The translations under genes and the position numbers were made by a program. Shown one piece after another: positions 10,588 through 20,005 of a stretch of 64,000 nucleotides of DNA. The notes under the pieces were generated by a model. It saw nothing but the letters and a program-made list of their open reading frames with translations. It ran no database searches and was not told the origin of the DNA. Each line of letters starts with the position of its first letter. Position 1 is the stretch's first letter. Location: the NCBI GenBank assembly GCA_001777575.1, contig MFEL01000008.1, forward strand, positions 42,634 to 106,633. The letters are read 5' to 3'. This stretch comes from Candidatus Doudnabacteria bacterium RIFCSPHIGHO2_01_FULL_46_24 (GTDB taxonomy: Bacteria; Patescibacteriota; Doudnabacteria; UBA920; O2-02-FULL-48-8).

Positions 10588-10617
10588 TTAGAAATTAGAT
10601 ATTAGAAATTAGAAATT
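10588..10617. repeat. Heptamer tandem tract (TTAGAAA)4
   Basis: ttagaaa ttagata ttagaaa ttagaaa tt fills the whole intergenic spacer; same unit at 55358-55392. Confidence 0.8.
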
Positions 10618-10618
10618 T

Positions 10619-11173
10619 TTACAATCCTATTTCCTCTGCCCTTTCCTTCATGGCATTCAAGCTTATTTCCACCAGTTCCGGCAATTCCATATCGATATAT
10701 TCTTTGCAAAGCAAAATGATTTCCCGGTTCACGCCGGCGGCAAAGCTCTTTTGCCTGAATTTTCGCATCACCGAATCAGTGGTCACGCTGGCTAATTTCT
10801 TATCCGGCTGGATGAGTGCGGCGGCGGTAATCAAACCTGATAATTCTTCCACGCAATACAAGGTTTTCTCAAGCAGGGTTTCGGGCTTGATGTTGTGCGC
10901 CCAGTTGTGGACGTAAATCGCTTTGACAATTTCCGGCTTCAAATCCGTCTTTTGCAGAATCTCTCTGCTGACCTTGGTGTGGCTTTTGAAATCATCCTTG
11001 GTTTTTTCCCAATCCAGGTCATGCAGCGTGCCGGCCAGTTCCCAATCGTCTTCGTTTTGTCCGAACTTTTTCGCCAAGGCTTTCATGATAAATCCAACCA
11101 CCAAGTTGTGCCTGATTAAATTCTGGTTTTTTATGTGCTCATCCAAAAGAGCCAAGGCCTGGTCTCTAGTCAT
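10619..11173 (-). CDS. HDIG/HD-domain metal-dependent phosphohydrolase
   Basis: LIRH, LHDLD, C-terminal KSFAAGVNRE family motif. Confidence 0.85.
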   Translation of the reverse strand: MTRDQALALLDEHIKNQNLIRHNLVVGFIMKALAKKFGQNEDDWELAGTLHDLDWEKTKDDFKSHTKVSREILQKTDLKPEIVKAIYVHNWAHNIKPETLLEKTLYCVEELSGLITAAALIQPDKKLASVTTDSVMRKFRQKSFAAGVNREIILLCKEYIDMELPELVEISLNAMKERAEEIGL

Positions 11174-12620
11174 CCTGCCTCATGGGTGGGAAAATTACGG
11201 TTTCGCGCATTGACTTGTTCATCAGCACCGCAAACACGCGCTCGCTCATGCCAAAGCCCACGGCCGGCGGCATGCCGTATTCCAGCGCTTCCACGTAATC
11301 CTCGTCCATCATTTGCGCTTCTTTGTCCCCCGCTTCGCGCAATTTCATCTGTTCCTCAAACCTCATTTTCTGGTACTGCGGGTCATTGACTTCTGACCAG
11401 GCATTGCCCAGCTCCGTGCCCGCGGCCAAAATCTGAAACCGCAGGACTTTTTTGGGATTTTTGGGATCGACTTTTGCCAGCGGTGAAATTTCCGCCGGGT
11501 GTCCGACCAGGAAACATGGCTGAATCAATTTCGGCCGAACGAGCTTTTTGTAAATTACGTCAATCAACCGGCCAACCGAACCTTCCACATCAGCACCCAA
11601 TTCTTTTGCCTTCTTACGAAGATCACCTTCGTTAGCCTTATTCAAATCCAGGCCTGTGGCATCCTTAAACGCCTTAAAGTAATCAACCTTGGGCCATTTG
11701 CTACCCCAATCAATCTTATGTCCTTCGTATTCGATTTCCATGCTGCCACAAACCTTTTTGACAATTTCTTTGAACAGTTTTTCCGAAAGCTTCATACCAT
11801 CTTTGTCATCGGCATAAGCCCAGTAAAATTCCATATCGTCGTATTCCTGCAAATGCTCGCGGTCAATGCCTTCGTTGCGGAACAGTCGGCCGATTTCAAA
11901 CACTTTTTCAAAACCGCCGACCAAAAGTCGCTTGAGTGGCAATTCTAAAGAAATCCGCAAATAAAAATCGCGGTCCAAAGCTTCGTGATGAGTAATAAAG
12001 GGCGTGGCATCAGCGCCGCCAGGAACATCTTCCAAAACCGGCGTCCAAACCTCCAGGAAGCCTTGCTTAATCATGAAATTGCGGATTACTTGCCAAAAGA
12101 CGGCCTTTTTGCGAAACAACTCTTTCGTTTCCGGGTTGGCGATAAGATCAAGATATCTTTTTCTGAGCCTAACTTCTGCGTCCTTAAGCCCAAAGTAATT
12201 CTGCGGAATAGGACGCAAGCTTTTAGCTAATAGCTGATAGCTATCAGCTTCCAAGGTTTTTTCCCCGGTTTTCGAAAGGGCCAAGGTTCCAGTAAACTCG
12301 GCAAAATCGCCGATGTCAAAAAGCTCTGAGAATTGCCGAAATTTCTCACCCAGTACGTCCTCGCGCAGCAAAAACTGGATTGAGCCCGATTCATCCTCAA
12401 GATTGCCGAAAGTCAGCTTGCCATGTGTGCGAATTGAGCGAATCCTGCCAGCCAGTGTTACGTGTTTCGTGTTACGTGTTACGTGATCAAAAAGCTGCAA
12501 AGCCTCACCCACAGTATGGTCCCGCTTCGACTCAACCGGATAAGGATTAATCCCGGCCTTTTTCAAAGCCTCAAGTTTTTGTATCCTAACTTTCCTTAAT
12601 TCTTCGATTTTTTCAGACAT
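11166..12620 (-). CDS. lysS: Lysine--tRNA ligase (class II)
   Basis: OB-fold, RKRYLDL, YLRISLEL, FRNEGID, YGMPPAVGFG. Confidence 0.97.
   Translation of the reverse strand: MSEKIEELRKVRIQKLEALKKAGINPYPVESKRDHTVGEALQLFDHVTRNTKHVTLAGRIRSIRTHGKLTFGNLEDESGSIQFLLREDVLGEKFRQFSELFDIGDFAEFTGTLALSKTGEKTLEADSYQLLAKSLRPIPQNYFGLKDAEVRLRKRYLDLIANPETKELFRKKAVFWQVIRNFMIKQGFLEVWTPVLEDVPGGADATPFITHHEALDRDFYLRISLELPLKRLLVGGFEKVFEIGRLFRNEGIDREHLQEYDDMEFYWAYADDKDGMKLSEKLFKEIVKKVCGSMEIEYEGHKIDWGSKWPKVDYFKAFKDATGLDLNKANEGDLRKKAKELGADVEGSVGRLIDVIYKKLVRPKLIQPCFLVGHPAEISPLAKVDPKNPKKVLRFQILAAGTELGNAWSEVNDPQYQKMRFEEQMKLREAGDKEAQMMDEDYVEALEYGMPPAVGFGMSERVFAVLMNKSMRETVIFPPMRQDD
12455..12487. repeat. Heptamer tract (GTGTTAC)n inside the lysS coding sequence
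   Basis: gtgttac gtgtttc gtgttac gtgttac gtga; encodes HVTRNTKHVT. Confidence 0.8.
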
Positions 12621-12649
12621 GTTACGTGTGACGTGATTCGTGTTACGTG
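12619..12649. repeat. Heptamer tract (GTGTTAC)n immediately upstream of the lysS start
   Basis: atgttac gtgtgac gtgattc gtgttac gtg; same unit and orientation as 12455-12487. Confidence 0.8.
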
Positions 12650-12671
12650 GCCTTAATTATACCATAAATCA

Positions 12672-12704
12672 GTTAAACACCTCAACCGGGTTGAGGTGTT
12701 TAAC
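12672..12704. repeat. Perfect 33-bp palindrome (CTCAACC family)
   Basis: gttaaacacctcaacc-g-ggttgaggtgtttaac; core shared with 19976-20000. Confidence 0.9.
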
Positions 12705-12721
12705 GGGCTTATGTTAGTCAA

Positions 12722-13036
12722 CTATTTGAGGGTATATTTCACACTGCGTCCGGTGCGGCCGATCTGCACCAGGCGGCCCTGATGCTCCAAATCGTCCAGA
12801 TAGCGCTCGGCGGTGGCGTGCGATACGCCAAGCAAGTCAGCGGCCTCATCATTGGTTATGTCATCGTGATACGAAAGGTGGTGCAAAATTTTGTCCAGAT
12901 TCTCCTGCCGCTCCCGCATCTGCTCGGGGTTTAGGTACTTAAACGCCGCCCTCTTGCCCAATTTCCGCCCAATAAAATAGCTGGCTATGACAGCCAGAGC
13001 AATAATCGTGGCTATCCACATAACAACAACATACAC
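12722..13036 (-). CDS. Membrane-anchored winged-helix (DeoR-like HTH) protein
   Basis: N-terminal hydrophobic helix, ITNDEAADLLGVSHATAERYLDDLE..G HTH; start may be ATG at 13021. Confidence 0.75.
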   Translation of the reverse strand: MYVVVMWIATIIALAVIASYFIGRKLGKRAAFKYLNPEQMRERQENLDKILHHLSYHDDITNDEAADLLGVSHATAERYLDDLEHQGRLVQIGRTGRSVKYTLK

Positions 13037-13042
13037 CCTTAC

Positions 13043-13507
13043 CTATTCTATTGCAATGATTTCGTACTCGGTTTTTCCTGCTGGAGTTTCCACATAAACC
13101 TTGGATCCGTGCTTGGCGCCAAGCAAAGCCTTGCCCACCAGCGATTCGTTTGAAATCCTGCCCTGGGCCGGGTTGGCTTCGTTGGACCCGACAATGGTGT
13201 AGATAGCAGCCTCGGTCATGCCTGTTTTGACTGTGACTGTGGAGCCAACGCTGACGACATTGTGATCGCCGTTGTGCTTGATGATCTCGGCGTTCTTGAC
13301 CATTTCTTCCAGTTCCAAAATCCGGCCTTCGATAAATGCCTGCTCTTCCTTGGCCTGGGCGTAATCGGCATTTTCCGCAAGATCGCCATGACTAATGGCC
13401 TCCTGGATCCGCTCGATGACTTCTTTTCTCCGCTCGTTTTTGAGAACCCGCAGTTCATCCTGCAGTTTCTTAAGCCCGTCTTGAGTCAATAATACTTTCT
13501 TTCCCAT
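13043..13507 (-). CDS. greA: Transcription elongation factor GreA
   Basis: GDLAENADY, ISNESLVGKALLG. Confidence 0.95.
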   Translation of the reverse strand: MGKKVLLTQDGLKKLQDELRVLKNERRKEVIERIQEAISHGDLAENADYAQAKEEQAFIEGRILELEEMVKNAEIIKHNGDHNVVSVGSTVTVKTGMTEAAIYTIVGSNEANPAQGRISNESLVGKALLGAKHGSKVYVETPAGKTEYEIIAIE

Positions 13508-13623
13508 TTTACAACCTATTAAAAGGCCTCTTTGGGCCTTAATTTATGAAGGAAGTCTAAATTATATTGCAAACGCTGTCAACCCCGTTGCTATCGAACA
13601 GACAACCCGCGAACGACGCCCGT

Positions 13624-15555
13624 TTACTTATTCATTCTATTGTCATACCACCACTCGTAGACCATCCGCGCCACCGGCACCGCCACCGAACTGCCTTCTC
13701 CCCCAGACTCGACCAGGATGGTCAAGGCAATCTGGGGATCTGCAAATGGCGCATAAGAAGTAAACCAGGCATGGGTCCGGCTTGGGTTTCTGGCGTCAAA
13801 CTGGGCCGTGCCGGTTTTACCCGCAATCTCAACCGGCAAGGAAGCCAAAGATCGCGCGCTGCCGGCAAGCACGGTCCGCCGCATGCCGTCGGCAGCGACT
13901 TTGACCCATTGCGGATCCAGAAAATTCTCCCGTAAAACCTCGGGCGCTTTTCGTTCAATCAGCTCGCCGGAAGGGGTTTGGATTTCACTCACAACTTGCG
14001 GCTGCATAATTTTGCCGCCATTGGCAATGGTGGCGGTCCAGTTGTTGACCTGCAAAGGAGTGACCAACAAATCACCCTGCCCGATTGCGACGTGATAAGT
14101 GTCGCCCAGATACCATTGTTCCTTTTTCACTTCTTGCTTCCAACCAGGCGAAGGAACCAAACCGGATTTTTCTCCTGGCAAGTCAATGCCCAATCTTTCA
14201 CCCAAATTGAATTTGCGATACCATTGTGCCAATTTCTCCGGCCCCAAGCCCTGTACCGGGCTTTTGGGGCTGCCTCCGCCGATAGTGTAAAAATAAATAT
14301 CAGAAGAACGCGCGATGGCGGAATAGATGTCCATCAGGCCCAAACCTTTCGGGTCATAGCCGTAAAAAGTGAAATTGCCGATGCGGATAACCCCGTCATC
14401 CAAAATCCTGGTCTGGGGCGTGATGACCCCTTCGCTGAGAGCCGCGATCGCGAGCATCGGCTTGACTGTGGATCCTGGCGGATAAGTGCCGGAAAGAACG
14501 CGGTTCAAGAGCGGAATGTTCGGATCATTCAGTAAGGCTTGATACTCCCTTAAAGTAATCCCGCGCGCGAACATATTGTTGTCAAATCCCGGCAGGGAAA
14601 CGAAAGCCAACACTGAGCCGGTTTCGGGGTCTTGGGCGATGGCCGCAGCTCTCTTACTGCCACCGCGCCGCATAATCTCCAAAAGCGAATCATAGATTTT
14701 TTTCTGCAGATCGTAGTCAATGTTGAGTTTGAGATTGTTGCCGACAGTTGCCGGCACTTCCGGCAGGTTTTTTTTGAATTTACCGGCAGCGTCAATCTCA
14801 ACCTGTTTTCTGCCGGCAATGCCTCGTAAATACTCTTCGTATTCGATCTCCAAGCCGGTTTTGCCGATATAATCATTGAGCAAATAATTCTGACCCTGGT
14901 ACTGTTTAAGCTCCTCTGCCGTGATTTTACCGGAATAGCCGACCAAATGGGAAAATACCGCGGAATCCTTATAGTCGCGGATAGAAGCATTTTCAACCCC
15001 AAACCCCTTGAGCGAATCCTGCTTGGCAATCAGGATCAGCGCTTGCTCTTTGGTGATATTTTGCGCCAGAGTTTGATTGCCAAACGCATCAGGAACAGCC
15101 TGGCTGATGCGATCCAAAATTTCAGCTTTGTCCTGGCCCAAGATCAATGCGATTTCTTCGATTTCCCTCAATCGCTGCGCATCATCCCGGGGCAGAAGGT
15201 TTATATTAACAGCCAATTCAAAGCTCGGCATGTTGGCCGCGATAACTTTTTCATATTTATCCAAAACCAGACCCCGCGGCGGGAGCACATACTCCACGCG
15301 GAGCTTGTTTCCTTCTGCTAAATCCCGATAAGCTTCGCCATGAACGATCTGAAGCTGGTAAATCCTGCCGGCCAGGACAAAAAATGAAATGAGAACCAGC
15401 CAAACCAGAGGTCGCAAATCAAATCGGTCTTTTTCATCATCCATGATTTGCGGGTCGTCATTTTGCACATCCAAAAAAGCTTCGTCAAAGCTCAGATTTT
15501 TCTGCTCTCTAAGCTTCTTGCCGCCAAAAAAATTGAGATTAAACGGGTCGGGCAT
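13624..15555 (-). CDS. mrdA: Penicillin-binding protein 2
   Basis: PPGSTVK (SxxK), SSD, KTGTAQ; start reassigned to MPDPF. Confidence 0.93.
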   Translation of the reverse strand: MPDPFNLNFFGGKKLREQKNLSFDEAFLDVQNDDPQIMDDEKDRFDLRPLVWLVLISFFVLAGRIYQLQIVHGEAYRDLAEGNKLRVEYVLPPRGLVLDKYEKVIAANMPSFELAVNINLLPRDDAQRLREIEEIALILGQDKAEILDRISQAVPDAFGNQTLAQNITKEQALILIAKQDSLKGFGVENASIRDYKDSAVFSHLVGYSGKITAEELKQYQGQNYLLNDYIGKTGLEIEYEEYLRGIAGRKQVEIDAAGKFKKNLPEVPATVGNNLKLNIDYDLQKKIYDSLLEIMRRGGSKRAAAIAQDPETGSVLAFVSLPGFDNNMFARGITLREYQALLNDPNIPLLNRVLSGTYPPGSTVKPMLAIAALSEGVITPQTRILDDGVIRIGNFTFYGYDPKGLGLMDIYSAIARSSDIYFYTIGGGSPKSPVQGLGPEKLAQWYRKFNLGERLGIDLPGEKSGLVPSPGWKQEVKKEQWYLGDTYHVAIGQGDLLVTPLQVNNWTATIANGGKIMQPQVVSEIQTPSGELIERKAPEVLRENFLDPQWVKVAADGMRRTVLAGSARSLASLPVEIAGKTGTAQFDARNPSRTHAWFTSYAPFADPQIALTILVESGGEGSSVAVPVARMVYEWWYDNRMNK

Positions 15556-16039
15556 GACGCGACAATTTAAGAGTCCGGTTATGATACCAAACCACGGGAT
15601 AATAAAAGATGGCAGATAAGACCAAATCAAGCCAAAGCTTGTCAAATATCAATCTCTTCCAGTTAACATAGGCGCTTAGGTTCAGAAGGTTGAACAGTCC
15701 TATCATGGAAATTGAAATGAGATAAAAGGTCAGCACTGATGCCAAAACAAGTAAAAACTCGATGTATCTCTGGTCCCGTTTTGAAAAAAATCGATTCAAT
15801 GCCGACTTAAGCGAAAATATGGTAACTGGCGCGGCAACTAAAAAAATTCCGTCAGGTAAGCCTGAGGCAAGATCCATCATCAACCCCAATACCAACGATA
15901 TGGTGAGGGGGTTTTTTTTTGAATAAAAAATCGCGGACAAACCGAAAAGTAACACCGTGTTGCCAGTCAAACCAAACGCCTGAGACAAGCCGCCTTGAAT
16001 CATCAACAAAACCAATGCCGCAAGGATGAAAATAATCAT
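15539..16039 (-). CDS. mreD: Rod shape-determining protein MreD (divergent)
   Basis: Hydrophobic 166 aa, GLMMDLASG motif, lies between mreC and mrdA. Confidence 0.7.
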   Translation of the reverse strand: MIIFILAALVLLMIQGGLSQAFGLTGNTVLLFGLSAIFYSKKNPLTISLVLGLMMDLASGLPDGIFLVAAPVTIFSLKSALNRFFSKRDQRYIEFLLVLASVLTFYLISISMIGLFNLLNLSAYVNWKRLIFDKLWLDLVLSAIFYYPVVWYHNRTLKLSRHARPV

Positions 16040-16839
16040 TGAGCCACGATAAATAAGAATTTCAAATTTCGAAGATCAGCGGCTGGCTGGACAAACGCTT
16101 TCTGGAACAATTCCGAAGGAGATGAGCTTAGGGAGCTAATTTCTCCGATTAAAATCCCTTTCGGGAAATCACCGGCTAAGCCAGAAGTTAAAATTTTGTC
16201 CCCTGGTTTAATAACCTCGTTATGCGTAATCAAGTCGAATCTCAGGCTTAAACCATGCTCGCCAGTCACCAACCCTGAAGCGCCCGAATCAACGACAATA
16301 CCGTTGATTTTGATAGACGGGTCGGTGATCAACGTCACTTCCACGGCGTTGTCGTAAATATTTGTGATCTTGCCCACCAATAGCCCCGGTTGCGACACCA
16401 CGGCTGCATTGAGTTTGAGTTCGGCATCGGTTGCGACGTCAAGCATCAAGGTTTGAGTGAAACCCGTGGGGTCCAGGAATTTGACCACTGCCGGGATGAG
16501 GCCAAGCTCCGTTTCTTCGGCAAAGTTCAAGGCTCGCCGCAGTGTTTGGTTTTCCTGCTTCGCAGCCTTGAGCCTCGCGTTTTCGAAAGCCAACTCATCC
16601 ACTTTTTGTTTCAAGAGGTCGTTTTCGTGCGACAAGCCCTTGATCAACAAAAATGTGGCAAAAAAATTTTTAGTTTTGGCTGCGGAATTGGAAATAAAGC
16701 TAGTGCCCGCGCCGTACACTTCAAAAAAAATGCCCTTGGCTTTCGATAAATATCCCTTGGCGTCCGAGACAATAATAAAAGCCACTAAAACCAAAACGAC
16801 AAACAGACGGCGAAATGTTTTGGTGTAGATAAAGCGCAT
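16036..16839 (-). CDS. mreC: Rod shape-determining protein MreC
   Basis: Coiled coil, LVGKI, TSGLAGDFPKGILIG; start reassigned to MRFIY. Confidence 0.9.
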   Translation of the reverse strand: MRFIYTKTFRRLFVVLVLVAFIIVSDAKGYLSKAKGIFFEVYGAGTSFISNSAAKTKNFFATFLLIKGLSHENDLLKQKVDELAFENARLKAAKQENQTLRRALNFAEETELGLIPAVVKFLDPTGFTQTLMLDVATDAELKLNAAVVSQPGLLVGKITNIYDNAVEVTLITDPSIKINGIVVDSGASGLVTGEHGLSLRFDLITHNEVIKPGDKILTSGLAGDFPKGILIGEISSLSSSPSELFQKAFVQPAADLRNLKFLFIVAQ

Positions 16840-16849
16840 AAATAGCACG

Positions 16850-17908
16850 CTAGCGGGGAATTTGCTCAAACTCGGTGATGACCAAGACGTCCTTGAGCGC
16901 GTCCAGGTCTTCCAGTACAATTCCCGTCCCGCGCACCACTGTGGTTAAGGGATCGTCCGCTACGGTCACCGGCATCAGCGTTTCTTCCGCAATCAATCGG
17001 TCAAGCCCCCGAAGCAGAGCCCCGCCGCCAGCCAAAGTTATGCCCTTCTCCATGATGTCAGCCACCAATTCCGGCGGGGTTTCCTCAACGGCAATTTTAA
17101 TGTTGTTGACTATGACCCGCACCGACCGCTGCAAAGCTTGTCGAATTTGGTCGTCCATAACCGTCACTTCTTTTGGCAATCCCGTGACCAGATCACGGCC
17201 GCGGATTTGGGCCTTCATCTTTTCTTTCAACGGATACGCTGAACCGATCTTGATCTTCACATCCTCGGCAGTGCGCTCGCCCAGAAGCAGGTTAAATTCT
17301 TCGCGCGCGAACTGGATGATATTTTCGTTCATCTCATCCCCCGCCACCCTGATGCTTTTGGAAATGACAATGCCGCCAAGGGAAATCACGGCAATCTCCG
17401 CAGTCCCGCCGCCGATATCAACAATCAGGGACCCAGTGGCGTCCTGGACCGGCAACCTCGCCCCAATCGCCGCAGCCATGGGTTCTTCGATCAAAAGCGC
17501 CATTCTGGCTCCGGCATTGAGAGTCGCGTCCTGCACCGCTCTTTTTTCAACTTCGGTCACACCGGACGGTATGCCCACAACCACCCGGGGCCGGTTCAAA
17601 AAACCCAAAGCTGTGGGACTAACCTTTTCGATGAAGTACCTTAGCATCTGTTCTGTGATTTCAAAATCCGAGATTACCCCGTCCGTCAACGGCCTGTTGG
17701 CCACGATGTGGGCCGGGGTGCGACCGACCATGCGCTTAGCCTCTTCGCCAATGGCCAATATCTGCTTGGTTTTCTGGTTGACGGCCACAACTGACGGTTC
17801 ATTAATAACAATACCCTTGCCTTTGACATACACAAGGGTATTGGCAGTGCCAAGATCAATTCCAATGTCTTTAGAAAATTTATTGTAGATTGCGTCTAAA
17901 ATCGGCAT
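16850..17908 (-). CDS. mreB: Rod shape-determining protein MreB
   Basis: [30 protein letters not shown]. Confidence 0.97.
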   Translation of the reverse strand: MPILDAIYNKFSKDIGIDLGTANTLVYVKGKGIVINEPSVVAVNQKTKQILAIGEEAKRMVGRTPAHIVANRPLTDGVISDFEITEQMLRYFIEKVSPTALGFLNRPRVVVGIPSGVTEVEKRAVQDATLNAGARMALLIEEPMAAAIGARLPVQDATGSLIVDIGGGTAEIAVISLGGIVISKSIRVAGDEMNENIIQFAREEFNLLLGERTAEDVKIKIGSAYPLKEKMKAQIRGRDLVTGLPKEVTVMDDQIRQALQRSVRVIVNNIKIAVEETPPELVADIMEKGITLAGGGALLRGLDRLIAEETLMPVTVADDPLTTVVRGTGIVLEDLDALKDVLVITEFEQIPR

Positions 17909-19142
17909 GTCTGGTTAATCTCTCGGGCAACTCCTTAATCTCAATTATTTCGATTTTATCGCTGTTTCGCTTTTTCAATTCCACGCTTTCTTTTTCTAGC
18001 GTTTTATCCGAAACGACCACACGATGAACAATCCCAATCAGATCCGCATCAGCAAATTTCACTCCTGGCGTTGTGTCCCGCTGATCAAATAGTACCGAAA
18101 CACCGGCACCCTGTAAAGCATTGTAAATGTTTTCGGCTTTTTTCGAATCTTTGGTAATGCTAACCAAATGCACATCAAATGGGCTGACCGCTTGAGGCCA
18201 AATGATACCCCGCTCATCGTGGAATTTTTCCACAATCACGCCCATGAGGCGCGAAACCCCCAGGCCATAGCAGCCCATGACCGGATATTGCTTTTCGTCG
18301 CCGCGGCCTTTGAATCCGAGTTCAAAATCTTTGCCGTACTTTTGGGCCAAATCAAAGACATTGCCCACCTCCGAAGCCGTGGCTGCATTCAGTTTACCGT
18401 TCCTGCACTTAGGACAATTATCGTTTGCTTTCTGTTTGGCTATATCCACATTAACGCAAAACTCGCAAGCATCGCAATACAGGATGTTGTCCTCGCCGGC
18501 GTCGGTTAAAACCATGAATTCATAAGAAATCTTCTCGCTAAAACCGCCGCCCGAGGCTTCGGTCGCTTTGGCCACTAAGCCGATGCGTTTAAAAATTTTG
18601 AGATAAGCCTGCTTGACCACGTCATAAAAATTGTCAAAATCTGCCTGGTTCTCGTGAAAGCTGTACATGTCCTTCATGTAAAACTCGCGCCCGCGCAGCA
18701 AACCTGATTTGCTCCGCAGTTCATCGCGGTACTTCCAACCTATCTGGTAGACGGCCTTGGGCAAATCTTTGTGCGTTTCGATGTATTGCATCACCAAAGG
18801 GGTAACCACCTCTTCTTCGCTTTGGCCCAAGGCATAATCCTTACCCGTGCGGCTCTTGAGCTTAAACAGCACATCCACTTTCTCCCAAGCTCCGGTTTTC
18901 TTCCAGATTTCCGCCGGATGCAACGCCGGCATGAGGATCTCCTGCCCGCCAATTCTATCCATTTCTTCCCGGACGATTTGCTCGATGTTTTTCAAAACCC
19001 GCAAGCCAAGCGGCAGATACGAATACACGCCGGCCATGAGTTTTTTGACAAACCCCGCCCGCGTCAAAAGCTGGGCATTTACTGTTTCTTCGCCCGAAGG
19101 CGCCTGTCTAAGGGTTTTTGTAAATAATTGAGATTGGAGCAT
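17880..19142 (-). CDS. proS: Proline--tRNA ligase lacking the editing (INS) domain
   Basis: GVYSYLPLG, RDELRSKSGLLRGREFYMKD, MGCYGLGVSR; 420 aa. Confidence 0.92.
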   Translation of the reverse strand: MLQSQLFTKTLRQAPSGEETVNAQLLTRAGFVKKLMAGVYSYLPLGLRVLKNIEQIVREEMDRIGGQEILMPALHPAEIWKKTGAWEKVDVLFKLKSRTGKDYALGQSEEEVVTPLVMQYIETHKDLPKAVYQIGWKYRDELRSKSGLLRGREFYMKDMYSFHENQADFDNFYDVVKQAYLKIFKRIGLVAKATEASGGGFSEKISYEFMVLTDAGEDNILYCDACEFCVNVDIAKQKANDNCPKCRNGKLNAATASEVGNVFDLAQKYGKDFELGFKGRGDEKQYPVMGCYGLGVSRLMGVIVEKFHDERGIIWPQAVSPFDVHLVSITKDSKKAENIYNALQGAGVSVLFDQRDTTPGVKFADADLIGIVHRVVVSDKTLEKESVELKKRNSDKIEIIEIKELPERLTRHADFRRNLQ

Positions 19143-19149
19143 AGTTTTT

Positions 19150-19197
19150 GGAGGGGTATCCTCCTGGCTAAACGCTTATCTGGGAGGATGCCCCTCC
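19150..19197. promoter_or_regulatory. GC-rich hairpin directly upstream of the proS start
   Basis: ggaggggtatcctcc ... ggaggatgcccctcc, 15-bp stem with one mismatch. Confidence 0.6.
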
Positions 19198-19248
19198 CTG
19201 AAAGTGCCAAGCGCATAAATTCAAATGATGTCTAAATTATACCCTCTC

Positions 19249-19277
19249 TTGACAATTTGGGCAAAAAATCCTATTTT
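19249..19277 (+). promoter_or_regulatory. Candidate sigma70 promoter for the small ORF at 19335
   Basis: TTGACA-17 nt-TATTTT; AGGAGG at 19325-19330. Confidence 0.45.
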
Positions 19278-19334
19278 TAACTGCTCAGTGCTGTGCGTAC
19301 CGATTCATCATCGACTCAAGGCTCAGGAGGAACC

Positions 19335-19667
19335 ATGAAGGAACTCATCAAGGGGTTCTCTTTCGCCATCACGATCGCTCTGATCGCAGCGTCTCTGACC
19401 GCTTCTGGCCACCGCGATTGGGCCTTCGCCGTGTTGTATGGAGCCTTGGTGTGGGTTGGCGTAAGCGTGGGTGTCCATCACCGCCGCCGCTCCCGCCACA
19501 GGCGACAATACCGCCGCGACGTTCACTAAGTAGTTGTCATTCCCAGAGCCGACGACTTCGTCAAGACTCTGGTCGAGTGCCGACTCGAACGCGAGGCGCA
19601 AAAACTCATCGCCAGAGCAATCCACGACAGGGTCGCCGTTCTCGCACGGCAGGCGGGCATGATCTGA
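19335..19667 (+). pseudogene. GC-rich small membrane protein gene with an in-frame TAA at 19527-19529 (or a 64-aa protein)
   Basis: Strong SD, two TM helices; frame stays open 45 codons beyond the TAA; terminator-like hairpin at ~19701-19746. Confidence 0.5.
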
Positions 19668-19742
19668 TCTAGGTTTCATGCCCAGATCACCGCCTCAAAC
19701 GCGAGGAGAGGATGGCTAAGTAAGCTTCCCTCCTCGCCCCCC

Positions 19743-20000
19743 TTTTTCCCCTTACTCCATTTCTCTCCTTACTCCCTTTACACCCATTATTCCCCTTTCT
19801 GAGGTTTTTATTTTACCCTAAAGGACACCCCTAAAGGACACCAGGACAACCCAATCAATACTTCACTGCACTGAAGCAGTGAAGTATTGCGTTGTCCAGA
19901 TTGACAGGAAACTTTAATGCGCCAGGCGCCTGGCGCAATAAAATGTTGCTTTAATATTAAATAAACGAAATTTTAAAGGCTCAACCGGCGGTTGAGCCTT
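19743..20000. repeat. Cluster of unrelated repeat/palindrome elements
   Basis: ~9-mer tract 19743-19798; 13-bp tandem duplication ccctaaaggacac 19816-19841; palindromes at 19857-19888, 19918-19937 (tgcgccaggcgcctggcgca), 19976-20000. Confidence 0.85.
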
Positions 20001-20005
20001 GGCCT

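Noticed and set aside
16875-17888. 337-aa + strand ORF
   Set aside because: Antisense shadow of mreB; the same applies to the other long antisense ORFs such as 47511-48440, 59992-60609 and 54415-54999
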